From Vicinamibacteria bacterium (lineage in GTDB: Bacteria > Acidobacteriota > Vicinamibacteria > Marinacidobacterales > Marinacidobacteraceae), in assembly GCA_963422395.1 (NCBI GenBank), contig OY729431.1:448001-512000 (forward strand): 64,000 nt of DNA. Reading direction: 5' to 3'. Below are positions 12,089 to 21,320 of this stretch, piece by piece. The notes under the pieces are model-generated. The model saw nothing but the letters and a program-made list of their open reading frames with translations. It did not search any database and was not told the DNA's origin. Made by a program: the position numbers and the translations under genes. The stretch's first letter is position 1. Every line of letters starts with the position of its first letter.

Positions 12089-12874
12089 GTGCCCGAGTTC
12101 GTGCGGAAACGGTTTCAGGGGAAGGTGGCGATCGTCACCGGAGCGTCCAGCGGGATCGGCCGCGCGACGGCCCTGCGGCTCGGTGCCGAAGGCGCCCGGG
12201 TCACCCTGGCGGCCCGGCGCGCCGCGCGGCTCGAGCTGGCGGCGCAGGAGATCGAAGCCGCCGGCGGAGCGGCGCTGCCGCTTGCCGGAGATGTGTCCGA
12301 TCCGGACTTCCGGGCCCGCCTGGTCGGCGAAACCGTCGAGCGGTTCGGCGGGATCGACCACCTGGTGAGCTCGGCGGGAGGGATCGCCTTCGGAACCGTC
12401 GAGAGCACCGGACTCGAAGACTGGCAGCGGATGTTCGCCCTGAATGTGGAGGCGGTGTTCGACCTGCTTCGCCTCTCGGCGCCGCACCTCCTCGAGCGGA
12501 AGGGCAGCGTGGTGCATGTTTCGAGCGTGAACGGAATCCGATCCTTTCCGGGGGTTCTGGCCTACAACTGCAGCAAGTCGGCGCTCGACCAGCTGACCCG
12601 CTGCGCCGCTCTGGAACTCGCTGCGAAAGGCGTCCGGATCAACTCGGTGAACCCCGGTGTGACCCGAACCGAACTCCACACCGCCGCCGGCCTCGATGCC
12701 GAACGCTACGCGAAGTTCGTGGAACACAGCCGGACGACCCACCCCGTCGGCCGCATCGGCGATCCGGAAGAGGTCGCCGACCTGGCGCTCTTCCTGCTGT
12801 CGGAAGACGCTGGCTTCGTCACCGGCGTCACCGTTCCGGTGGACGGCGGCCGCCACCTCACCTGCGCTCGGTAG
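12089..12874 (+). CDS. Short-chain dehydrogenase/reductase
   Basis: TGASSGIG, YNCSK (YxxxK), NSVNPG, VTGVTVPVDGG. Confidence 0.93.
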   Translation: MPEFVRKRFQGKVAIVTGASSGIGRATALRLGAEGARVTLAARRAARLELAAQEIEAAGGAALPLAGDVSDPDFRARLVGETVERFGGIDHLVSSAGGIAFGTVESTGLEDWQRMFALNVEAVFDLLRLSAPHLLERKGSVVHVSSVNGIRSFPGVLAYNCSKSALDQLTRCAALELAAKGVRINSVNPGVTRTELHTAAGLDAERYAKFVEHSRTTHPVGRIGDPEEVADLALFLLSEDAGFVTGVTVPVDGGRHLTCAR

Positions 12875-12911
12875 CCGACCGGGCGGGGCCCCCCCTGGAC
12901 GGCCGATCGGG

Positions 12912-14606
12912 CTAATCGCCGAAGGCGCGGCGGATTCCGGCGACGGCGGCTTCCCGGCCTCTGGTGAAACGAAGGACTCCCTCGACGACGAGACCTATCG
13001 CCAACGCCATGATCGCTGCGCCGACGAGCAGCAACAGCCAGTTGCCGGAGCTGGCGTACTCCCGGATGTTGTAGAGCATCGCGGCGATGGTCGTGCCCAC
13101 CATGAACACCATCGGCACCAGCGCGAAGGCGAAGGGCTTCTTGCGGAAATAGAGGTAGAGCGTCACCGACAGCAGGGTGAGGCCCGCCATGATCTGGTTC
13201 GTGGTGCCGAAGAGCGACCAGAGCGCGGTGCCGGCGGGCGTCGGACCGGTAGGGCTCGGGATCTTCATCAGCGCGAAGAAGCCGATCACCGCGACGGCGA
13301 GGAGCGACGCGAGATAGCGGTTTCCGAGCGCCGGGACGCGGAGGCTCTCCGAGATCTCTTCGATGTTGTAGCGAAGGATGCGGGTTGCCGAGTCGAGGGT
13401 GGTGAGCGCGAAGGAGACCGCCACCAGTGCCATGAACGCCTTGCCCGCCTCGACCGGAATCCCCAGGGTCGTCAGGAAGTTGGCTGCGCCGGTGATGTAA
13501 GCGTCCAATTTTTCGGCGAGCCCGTTCGCGCTGTCCCAGGTCGCGAAGTGAGCGTGCCAGGCCTCACGGTTCGCGAATCCGGCGGTGGTGGCGAGCACTG
13601 CGGAGAGCCCGAGCAGGCTCTCTCCGATCATCCCGCCGTAGCCGATGAAGGGCGCGTCGCTCTCCCGGTCGAGCTGTTTGGAGGTGGTGCCCGAGGAAAC
13701 GAGCGCGTGGAAGCCGGACACCGCACCGCAGGCGATCACGATGAAGACGAACGGGTAGATCGGCGGCGCGCCCGCAGGCGCCGGGTTGTAGGCGGGGGCC
13801 GCGAACTCCGGGTTCAGGATCACGAAGGAGACGAAGATTCCGAGGAGCGCCAGATAGAGCAGGATCGAGTTGAGGAAATCGCGGGGCTGGAGCAGCAGCC
13901 AGACCGGGAGCACCGAGGCGCAGAAGGCGTACCCGAGAAGCAGAAAGCTCCACTGGGTGGTCGAGAGGTCGGGCGCCGGCAAAACGCTGCCGAGCCAGAT
14001 GCTCGCGAACAGCAGCGCTGCTCCGATCGGGATCAGGACCTTCAGGCTCACGCCCCGGCGGTAGGACAGGTAGCCGATCGCGATGGCGAGGACCATCACG
14101 GCGGTGCTCGGGGTGACGGCTTGGGGATAGAAGATCTTCGATAAGAGTTGCGCCACCACCTGGACGAAGACTCCCATCGCCAGTCCGATCAGGAAGACGA
14201 TGAGCGCGTGGAAGAGGTACTTGGCCCGGCGGCCGATGATGTCCTCGGCGATGCGCCCGATGGACTTTCCCTTCGCGCGGATACTGATGCAAAGCGCCGA
14301 GAAGTCGTGTACCGCTCCGACCAGCAGCGTACCGACGACGACCCAGATCATCGCCGGGACCCAGCCCCAGATCACTGCGATCGCCGGTCCGAGCATCGGC
14401 GCGAGCCCCGCGATCGAGGCGTAGTGGTGGCCGAAGAGCACCACCCGCCGGGTGGGGACATAGTCGCGTCCGTCGGCGAGCTGATGGGCCGGGGTGGGCC
14501 TCGAATCGTCGAGATCGAAGGCCCGCCTGCCGATCCGCCTCCCGTAGAAGCGGTATCCGACTGCGTAGAGCCCGAAACACACTAGGGTCGCCACCAAGGG
14601 GCTCAT
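12912..14606 (-). CDS. cstA: Carbon starvation protein A family transporter
   Basis: TPAHQLADGRDYVPT, LFGHHYASIAGLAP, LLQPRD, IACGAVSGFH, TTLDSATR. Confidence 0.92.
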   Translation of the reverse strand: MSPLVATLVCFGLYAVGYRFYGRRIGRRAFDLDDSRPTPAHQLADGRDYVPTRRVVLFGHHYASIAGLAPMLGPAIAVIWGWVPAMIWVVVGTLLVGAVHDFSALCISIRAKGKSIGRIAEDIIGRRAKYLFHALIVFLIGLAMGVFVQVVAQLLSKIFYPQAVTPSTAVMVLAIAIGYLSYRRGVSLKVLIPIGAALLFASIWLGSVLPAPDLSTTQWSFLLLGYAFCASVLPVWLLLQPRDFLNSILLYLALLGIFVSFVILNPEFAAPAYNPAPAGAPPIYPFVFIVIACGAVSGFHALVSSGTTSKQLDRESDAPFIGYGGMIGESLLGLSAVLATTAGFANREAWHAHFATWDSANGLAEKLDAYITGAANFLTTLGIPVEAGKAFMALVAVSFALTTLDSATRILRYNIEEISESLRVPALGNRYLASLLAVAVIGFFALMKIPSPTGPTPAGTALWSLFGTTNQIMAGLTLLSVTLYLYFRKKPFAFALVPMVFMVGTTIAAMLYNIREYASSGNWLLLLVGAAIMALAIGLVVEGVLRFTRGREAAVAGIRRAFGD

Positions 14607-14724
14607 CAGCTTCCTTCCTTCTCGCAGCCTGCGGACGCCTGAAGATACCAGAGAGGCGCTGGAATTCGCGGATTCTGCAGGCCTCTGCTGGTAGCATCGC
14701 TGCCCTCCCCGAGGAGGATCGTCG

Positions 14725-15396
14725 ATGCGCAGCGCAAGGGTCTCCTTTCCGGCGAACCGAGGGGTCACCGAAGGCTACCTGGCGGTCCCGGACCCACCCG
14801 GTCCGGGCGTCCTCGTGATCCAGGAGTGGTGGGGCCTCGTCGGGCACATCGAAGAGGTGGCGGATCGGTTCGCGGCGGCTGGGTTCACCGCGCTGGCACC
14901 GGATCTCTTCCACGGGAAACAGACCACCTCGCCGGACGAGGCCGGCAAGCTGCTGATGGCCCTCGAAGTGGACCGCGCGGAGCAGGATCTCGGCGGCGCG
15001 GCCGATCACCTCGCATCCGTCGCTTCCGGCGGATCGGTCGGGGTGGTGGGCTTTTGCATGGGCGGCCAGCTCGCTCTCTTCGCCGCCAGCAAGTCCCCCC
15101 GGATCGGTGCCTGCGTGGACTTCTACGGGATCCATCCGCATGTCCATCCCGACTACGGCGCGATTCGCTGTCCGGTGCTGGGCCTCTTCGCCGAGAACGA
15201 CGGCTTCGTGCCGCCGGAAGCGGTCGGGAAGCTGGGGGAGTCGCTTCGCGCCGCCGGCGTGGAAGCGGAACTCCACACCTATCCGGGGACCGACCACGCC
15301 TTCTTCAACGACCGCCGCCCTGAGGTGTACGACGAAGCCGCCGCGGCCGAGGCCTGGGACCGCGTCCTCCGCTTCTTCCGGGCCAATCTGGCGTAG
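14725..15396 (+). CDS. Dienelactone hydrolase family protein
   Basis: QEWWGL, APDLF, GFCMGG nucleophile motif, HAFFND. Confidence 0.92.
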   Translation: MRSARVSFPANRGVTEGYLAVPDPPGPGVLVIQEWWGLVGHIEEVADRFAAAGFTALAPDLFHGKQTTSPDEAGKLLMALEVDRAEQDLGGAADHLASVASGGSVGVVGFCMGGQLALFAASKSPRIGACVDFYGIHPHVHPDYGAIRCPVLGLFAENDGFVPPEAVGKLGESLRAAGVEAELHTYPGTDHAFFNDRRPEVYDEAAAAEAWDRVLRFFRANLA

Positions 15397-15454
15397 CCGA
15401 CTTCGGCATGGTCGGGGAGGCTCGACCGGGACCTCATCACTCTTCGGCGTGTTC

Positions 15455-15561
15455 GCGGGGCCATGCTGGCCCCGCATGAAGCGGCCGGCGATGCATCGGA
15501 GCCCCACCGGGAGAACGGGACCGCTCTCGAGGCTCGCGCCACTTTATCCACGGACTCCTAG
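15455..15561. repeat. Degenerate or chimeric relative of the MITE (one end retained)
   Basis: GGCTCGCGCCACTTTATCCACGGACTCCTAG at 15531-15561 matches the right end of copies 1 and 2. GCCCCACCGGGAGAA at 15501-15515 is the reverse complement of an internal segment of copy 2. Confidence 0.6.
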
Positions 15562-15606
15562 CAGCTAACAGCGGCGGCGACTCGACGAGGTTCGGCGGGT
15601 TTCGTT

Positions 15607-16302
15607 TCACCGGGCACCGCGGATGCGGCGGGCGAGCGCCAGCAGCAAGCGGGTCTCGCGTTCGCTGAGGCCGGCGCGGCCGAAGAGTTCGCGCCATTCG
15701 GCGAAGCGGACCTCCGGCTTTTCCGGGGTCAGGAATCCGATGGAGAGCATCGCGTCCCGGAGTGCAGCGAGCGCCCGTTCCGTCTCGACGGAGGCGGCGC
15801 GCCGCACTTTCGGCTTCGAGGGTCCGGCGCCGGCGAGGAAGATCTCGTAGCCCGTGACCATCGCCGCCTGGGCGAGGTTCAGGGAAGGTTGGCGCGGGGA
15901 AGCGGGGATGCGGACCTGGCGCTGGCACCGGGAGCGCTCTTCGAGCGTCAGTCCGCTGGACTCGTTCCCGAAAACCACGGCCACCTCGGCTTCGGCGCCG
16001 CAGTCGGCGATCTCGCGGGCGAGTTCCCGGGGGGTCCGGTGGGGTATCCGGTCCCCGCCGCGCCCGCTCAGACCGGCGACCAGCCGGCAGTCCCCCACGG
16101 CCTCTTCGAGGCTCGCGAATTCGCCGGCGGTCTCGAGGAACTCTTCCGCCTGCCAGGCGGTCCGGAACGCCTCGACGGTGCGCCAGTCCCCCGGCTGGAC
16201 CAGCCGGAGGCCGCTGAGACCGGTGTTGGCGGCGACCCGCGCCGCGGCGCCGATGTTTTCGGGCCGCCGGGGCCGCACGAGGACCAGGTGAACGTGCGCC
16301 AT
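15607..16302 (-). CDS. TrmJ/LasT-family SPOUT RNA methyltransferase
   Basis: VLVRP..PENIGAAAR, VFGNESSGLT, PSLNLAQA. Confidence 0.88.
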   Translation of the reverse strand: MAHVHLVLVRPRRPENIGAAARVAANTGLSGLRLVQPGDWRTVEAFRTAWQAEEFLETAGEFASLEEAVGDCRLVAGLSGRGGDRIPHRTPRELAREIADCGAEAEVAVVFGNESSGLTLEERSRCQRQVRIPASPRQPSLNLAQAAMVTGYEIFLAGAGPSKPKVRRAASVETERALAALRDAMLSIGFLTPEKPEVRFAEWRELFGRAGLSERETRLLLALARRIRGAR

Positions 16303-16331
16303 CGCCGTCCTCGGTATCGTAGGGATCCGCG

Positions 16332-16625
16332 ATGCCTGATGAAGGTCCTTACCGCGACCTGAAGCCAGTCGGCGGCGGATCGTTCCATCTCCCCGCCCGC
16401 AAGTGGCGGGAGATCCTGTTCGTCGGGGCCATGCGCGAGGAAGGAGACGGCCTCTATGTTCGCGACCCCGCGCGCCCGCTCCCTCCCCTGCGCGAATCGG
16501 AGCTGTTCGCTCCGGAGAGGCGTTTTAGCGCCGAGATACTCCCCGACCCGCGGCCCGGAACTCCCGACCTGCGGAACCCGCGGCGCCGCGACCGGAGTCG
16601 GGTGCTCCTGACCCCCGTCCGCTGA
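16332..16625 (+). CDS. Small hypothetical protein (97 aa)
   Basis: Fills the gap between trmJ-like and hisS. Protein-like composition (WREILFVGAMREEGDGLYVRDP). No recognised motif. Confidence 0.5.
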   Translation: MPDEGPYRDLKPVGGGSFHLPARKWREILFVGAMREEGDGLYVRDPARPLPPLRESELFAPERRFSAEILPDPRPGTPDLRNPRRRDRSRVLLTPVR

Positions 16626-16659
16626 ACTTCGGGCTGCTGCAAGCCGAGGGAGATCGAGC

Positions 16660-18072
16660 TCAACCTCCTGCGGTTGTCGCGCGCCGCGCGACCCGGGCCG
16701 CTGCCGCATCGAGCGGCAGGGTGGTCTGTTCTCCGGATTCGAGGTCGCGCACCGTGCATCGACCGGCGTCGATTTCCTGCGGTCCCAGGATCAGCGCGAA
16801 GCGGATTCCGGAGCTCGCGGCGCGGGCGAGCTGTTTGCCCAGCTTCAGCGCGTCCACCTGTACCTCGAGCCGGATTCCGGTGTTCCGCAGGGTTCGCGCG
16901 GTGCGGAGGATGTCCGCCGGATCGAGGCCGGGCAGGGGGCAGAGCATCGCCTGCGGCCCGGCGGCGCTCTCCGCGAAACCGCCTGCTTCCTCGACGAGCA
17001 GGAGGATGCGCTCCATGCCGAGCGAGAATCCCACCGCGGGGGTTTCCCGTCCGCTGAACATGCCCACCAGTCGGTCGTAGCGGCCCCCGCCGGCCAGCGA
17101 TCCAGCTCCCCCGGCCGCCACGACCTCGAAGATGGGCCCCGTGTAGTAGCTGAGGCCGCGGGCGAGACTCGGCGAAAAACGCACCGAAGCGGCGCCCTCC
17201 TCGAGCGCGCCTTCCAACATGTCGAAGAGCGTGCCGAGATCGTCGGCAGCCGCCCGCCCCGGTCCTTCGGGAAGCGCCCGCCCCAACTGCCGCAGTTTTT
17301 CCCCGGAGCTGTCGTCGTCGTCTTCCTCCGGAATCCATTCCAGCAGCTGCCCGGCGCGCTCGGCTCCGACCGCGGGGAGTCGGGCCAACTCGGCCGAGAC
17401 TCCGGCCCGGCCGAGCTGGCCGATCTTGTCGAGAACCACCAACGTCGCTGTTTCGCTGGAGGCGGGAATGCCGCTCGCTCCGATCAGGCTGCGCAGCAGC
17501 TCGCGGTGGTTCAGCAGGACCGTGAAATTTCGAAAACCGAGAGCGGACAGGGTGGAGTGGAGCACCACCAGGGCTTCCGCGTCGGCGAGGAGCGACCGGG
17601 ACCCCACGATGTCGGAGTCGCACTGGGTGAACTCCCGGAAACGCCCTCGCTGAGCGCGGTCGGCCCGCCAGACCGGCTGGATCTGGTAGCGGCGGAAGAC
17701 TGCCGGAAGGTCGGAGCGGTATTCGGCCGCCACCCGGGCGAGAGGCACCGTCAGGTCGTAGCGGAGCCCGAATTCGGCGAGATTCGCCGGCTCGACCGAG
17801 TCCCGGTCCAGCGCCCGGCGAAGCCGCTCTCCGCGATGGAGCACGCGATAGATGAGCTGGTCGCCCTCCTCGCCGTACTTGCCGAGCAGCGTCGGCAACC
17901 GTTCCATCGCCGGGGTTTCGATCGGGACGAAACCGTGTGCGGCGAAAGCGGTCTCGATGCGGCGGATCGCTTCTCGGCGCCGGAGAGCGGCGGGGGGCAG
18001 GTGGTCCCGCATCCCGCTCACCGGTTTCGTGGAAACCTGGGGCATGGCCTCCGGGAGGATACGCGAGCTCAT
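16660..18072 (-). CDS. hisS: Histidine--tRNA ligase
   Basis: GMRD, LRYDLTVPLAR, WRADRAQRGRFREFTQCD, LARGLSYYTG, GGGRYD. Start may be at 18045. Confidence 0.96.
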   Translation of the reverse strand: MSSRILPEAMPQVSTKPVSGMRDHLPPAALRRREAIRRIETAFAAHGFVPIETPAMERLPTLLGKYGEEGDQLIYRVLHRGERLRRALDRDSVEPANLAEFGLRYDLTVPLARVAAEYRSDLPAVFRRYQIQPVWRADRAQRGRFREFTQCDSDIVGSRSLLADAEALVVLHSTLSALGFRNFTVLLNHRELLRSLIGASGIPASSETATLVVLDKIGQLGRAGVSAELARLPAVGAERAGQLLEWIPEEDDDDSSGEKLRQLGRALPEGPGRAAADDLGTLFDMLEGALEEGAASVRFSPSLARGLSYYTGPIFEVVAAGGAGSLAGGGRYDRLVGMFSGRETPAVGFSLGMERILLLVEEAGGFAESAAGPQAMLCPLPGLDPADILRTARTLRNTGIRLEVQVDALKLGKQLARAASSGIRFALILGPQEIDAGRCTVRDLESGEQTTLPLDAAAARVARRATTAGG

Positions 18073-18204
18073 CCACAGACTCCTGCCCGCGAAGACCAGC
18101 GGCGCCGCTCCTGCGCTCCGCTTCCGGACCCGCCCGATCTGGCCCGATCAGGGTCTGGCACAATCGGGCCTGGCCGGCGCCGAAAGTCGGCGGGGAGATA
18201 GCTC

Positions 18205-18549
18205 ATGCAACCGATTTCCGTTCTTCGGACCGTCCTTCTTTCCGCGTCCTCCACCCTCGTCTTCGCCGGGACGATTCCGGCGGCCGAGGAGAAGGCCTGG
18301 GCGGGACACATCACCGACGAGATGTGCGGGAGCGAACACATGATGGAGGGGATGACCCATCCCGAGTGCGCGATCTCCTGCATGGAGATGGGGGCGGCAC
18401 TCCAGCTGTATGTGGAAGCCGAGGAAGCGATCTACGCGATCGCGGATCAGAAGCAGGCGGAGCAGTTCGCGGGGATGGATGTCACAGTCGTCGGGGTGCT
18501 TTCCGAGGACGGCGAGACGGTGACCATCCACTCCATCGAATCGCGTTAG
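18205..18549 (+). CDS. Small secreted Cys/Met/His-rich protein (DUF5818-like)
   Basis: Signal peptide followed by GHITDEMCG...CAISCMEMG and a beta-rich C-terminus. Confidence 0.65.
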   Translation: MQPISVLRTVLLSASSTLVFAGTIPAAEEKAWAGHITDEMCGSEHMMEGMTHPECAISCMEMGAALQLYVEAEEAIYAIADQKQAEQFAGMDVTVVGVLSEDGETVTIHSIESR

Positions 18550-18573
18550 CTGCGTCCTGCCCCGGAGGGGGTG

Positions 18574-18767
18574 TTAGGAGCCTGTGGACAAAGTCGCACG
18601 GCCAAAGGTCGGCGATGCCCAATTCTCCCGGTGGGGCCCGGCTGAACCACTTCGCTCGGCGTTGCGATTCCGTCGGAATACACCCGGTATGCCTCCCGAA
18701 TCGCGCCTCGTCAGCCGGGCGCCTCCCTGATCTTGGGGCTCGCGCCACTTTATCCACAGACTGCTAG
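18574..18767. mobile_element. MITE-like element, copy 2
   Basis: Colinear with 186-381 over the full length. TTAG...CTAG ends. Imperfect inverted repeats GAGCCTGTGGACAAAGT / ACTTTATCCACAGACTG. Confidence 0.8.
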
Positions 18768-19115
18768 ACTGTGGGTTCAGATTCGTTGGGTGATGGCGCA
18801 GCTGCCTTGGCAGGCGGCGCGTGCCTCCTATCGAGCGATCCGCGCGGGAGCGCCGGCAGGTGCCCGGTCGTTGCGGGGGACCGCTGGGGTTCGGCCGCTT
18901 CAGGAACACTGGAGAACCGCGCTTCGTCCGGTGCCCGCCGGGCGGATCGCAGATGGGCGGTTCGGTCCGCGTCGTGTCTGGATCGCGCCGGAAGCGTGCA
19001 ACATCCGGGCTGGTGAGTTGCCGGCCCGTTGTTCTCGTGAGGTTCGTAACGCCCGGTTCACAGGTTCACAGGCGGCAGCACCCAACCAGGAAAAGGCTCA
19101 ACCAGGAAGTAAGGC

Positions 19116-20438
19116 ATGCCCAGCACCCGAAGAAGCCATCCGGCTCGCCGGAGAGAACATCGCTCCGGATCGTGGAGACCGGAGGAGGCGGCCCCCGAGG
19201 GAGCCCGTCCGAACCCGCAGGAGCCGACCGATGTCGATTCGTCTGCCGAGGCCAAGGCGGAAGGCAACGGGCCGGCCGCCGCGGCGGCTCGGCCGGCCGA
19301 AACCCCTCCGATCGAAGTTACCGGCCTACTCGATATGGGACCGCGCGACAGCGGCTATCTGCGGCTCCTTTCGAACAACTTCCTTCCGCGGGGTTCGGAT
19401 ATCCGGGCGCCCTTCGGACTGATCGACCGCTACCAGCTGCGGGCGGGGCACATGGTCTTCGGCCATCACGGTCCACCACGCCGCGGTCGGCGCCGGGGAG
19501 GTCCGCTCCGGGCCGAGTTGCATACGGTCCTGGAGGTCAACGGCTATCCGGTGGACGCGATGCCGCCCCGCCGCAATTACTCCGATCTGATCAGTGAGCA
19601 TCCTGCTCCCCGGGTCGAGCTCGCCCGGTCCGAACCGGCTTCCCTGTCGCTGCGGGTGGTGGACCTCATCGCGCCCATCGGGCGCGGACAACGCGGCCTC
19701 ATCGTCGCCGCTCCGAAGACCGGCAAGACCATCCTGCTCGAAGAGATCGGTGCGTCCATCTCCCGGCACTATCCTGGAATCCATCTCATCATCCTGCTCA
19801 TCGACGAGCGCCCGGAGGAAGTGACCCACATGCGGCGCGCGGTCACCGAGGCCCAGGTGGTCGCCTCCACCGCCGACAGCGGCAGCGCCGATCATGTGCG
19901 CGTCGCCCGGATCGTGTTGGAGCAGGCTCGCCGCCTCGTGGAAATGAAGGAAGATGTGGTCATCCTGCTCGATTCCATCACCCGCCTCGGGCGGGCGGCG
20001 AACCGGGAAATGCGGGGGAAGGGCCGCACGATGAGCGGCGGCATCGATTCGCGCGCGCTCGAGTTCCCGCGTCAGTTCTTCGGTGCGGCGCGGAAGATCG
20101 AGGACGGCGGCAGCCTCACGATTCTGGGCACATCGCTCGTGGATACCGGCAGCCAGATGGACGAGGTGATCTTCCAGGAGTTCAAGGGCACCGGAAACAT
20201 GGAGCTGGTGCTCGATCGGAAGCTGGCGGAATCCCGCATCTTCCCCGCCATCGACATCCACCGATCCGGGACGCGGCGCGAAGAGCTGCTGCTCTCGCCG
20301 GAGGAACTGCCGAAGACCCATCTGCTCCGACGCGCGCTGGCCGGCCTCAAGCCGATGGAGGCGATGTCCCTGCTCCTCGGCAGAATGGGCCGGACGAAGA
20401 ACAACGCCGAGATGCTCGCCCAGATCCGGGTTTCTTGA
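19116..20438 (+). CDS. rho: Transcription termination factor Rho
   Basis: APIGRGQRGLIVAAPKTGKT, LIDERPEEVT, LDSITRL, GGSLTI, EFKGTGNMEL, SGTRREELL. Confidence 0.96.
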   Translation: MPSTRRSHPARRREHRSGSWRPEEAAPEGARPNPQEPTDVDSSAEAKAEGNGPAAAAARPAETPPIEVTGLLDMGPRDSGYLRLLSNNFLPRGSDIRAPFGLIDRYQLRAGHMVFGHHGPPRRGRRRGGPLRAELHTVLEVNGYPVDAMPPRRNYSDLISEHPAPRVELARSEPASLSLRVVDLIAPIGRGQRGLIVAAPKTGKTILLEEIGASISRHYPGIHLIILLIDERPEEVTHMRRAVTEAQVVASTADSGSADHVRVARIVLEQARRLVEMKEDVVILLDSITRLGRAANREMRGKGRTMSGGIDSRALEFPRQFFGAARKIEDGGSLTILGTSLVDTGSQMDEVIFQEFKGTGNMELVLDRKLAESRIFPAIDIHRSGTRREELLLSPEELPKTHLLRRALAGLKPMEAMSLLLGRMGRTKNNAEMLAQIRVS

Positions 20439-20474
20439 TCCGGGTTCCCTGAGCCGCCGCCCGGACCTCCGGCC

Positions 20475-20561
20475 TTCCCTCTCCCCCGCAGCGGTTCTTT
20501 GCGGGGAAGGGGGAACTCTCCCTTGCGGCGCTCCCCGATGCTTCCGGCACCGGGGAAGCGC
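20475..20561. terminator. Two GC-rich imperfect hairpins between convergent rho and arsI
   Basis: TTCCCTCTCCCCCGCA...TGCGGGGAAGGGGGAA and GCGCTCCCCGATGC...GCACCGGGGAAGCGC. No clear U-tract. Confidence 0.4.
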
Positions 20562-20572
20562 ACCACCACCGG

Positions 20573-20989
20573 TCAGGAGGTTTCGCAGGCCGGGCTGTTG
20601 GAGTCGCAGCAGGTGGATTCTCCGGTCTCCAGATCCTCGATCACCCGGTACCACTCCCAACGGAGTCCCTCGGGCTCGTCCGCCCAGACCTTGTTCTGGC
20701 GAGCGTGGCAGCAGCTGACTTCGCTTTCGATCCGGTGAGGGAGGCCGGCGGCCCGAATCCGATCCAGAGCTCCAGCCACCTCCCGGTCGCTGAAGGCCTC
20801 GACACCGAGATGGTTGATCCGATCGGGCGCCCCGGGCGTCTCGAACAGGACCAACTTGAGCGGGGGCTCCGCGATCGCGAAGTTGGCGTACCCGGGCTTT
20901 CGCTTCGCCGGATCCACTCCGAACAATTTCGAGTAGAAGTCCACGGCGGCATCGAGGTCTTCGACATTGAGGGCGAGTTGCAGTCGCAT
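20573..20989 (-). CDS. ArsI/CadI-family VOC metalloenzyme (organoarsenical lyase-like)
   Basis: MRLQLALNV.DL..AV.FYS.LFG..PAKRKPGYANF, NHLGVE, SCCHARQNKVW, WEWY. Confidence 0.9.
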   Translation of the reverse strand: MRLQLALNVEDLDAAVDFYSKLFGVDPAKRKPGYANFAIAEPPLKLVLFETPGAPDRINHLGVEAFSDREVAGALDRIRAAGLPHRIESEVSCCHARQNKVWADEPEGLRWEWYRVIEDLETGESTCCDSNSPACETS

Positions 20990-21029
20990 CGGTTTTCTCC
21001 TGGAGCAGCGGCTCCGGCGATGAGGGAGG

Positions 21030-21320
21030 TCAGCACGACCCCTCGCAACAGTGTTCGGTCAAGAATCCGACGAGGGCTTCCATGGCGGCGAAGTCGGCGC
21101 TGTAGATCAGCGACCGGCCGTTCCGCCGACAGCAGACGACCCCGGCGTTCCTGAGCTCCTTCAGGTGGAACGACAGCGTGGTGCCGGGGACCTGCAGCCG
21201 CTCTCCGAGCACTCCCGCGGACAGTCCCTCGGGGCCGGCCCGGACGAGTAGTCGAAAGGCAGCGAGCCGGGTTTTCTGCGCGAGCGCGGCAAGGGCCGGA
21301 ATCGCTCTATTTATATCCAC
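21030..21320 (-). CDS. arsR: ArsR/SmtB-family repressor
   Basis: LAALAQKTRL..FRLLV.AGPEGL, TLSFHLKEL, GRSLIY.A, C-terminal HCCEGSC. GTG at 21320. Confidence 0.9.
   Translation of the reverse strand: MDINRAIPALAALAQKTRLAAFRLLVRAGPEGLSAGVLGERLQVPGTTLSFHLKELRNAGVVCCRRNGRSLIYSADFAAMEALVGFLTEHCCEGSC

Noticed and set aside
18574-18767. oriC, based on DnaA boxes
   Set aside because: Only two boxes, both inside a dispersed repeat, with no AT-rich unwinding element and no dnaA/dnaN context.
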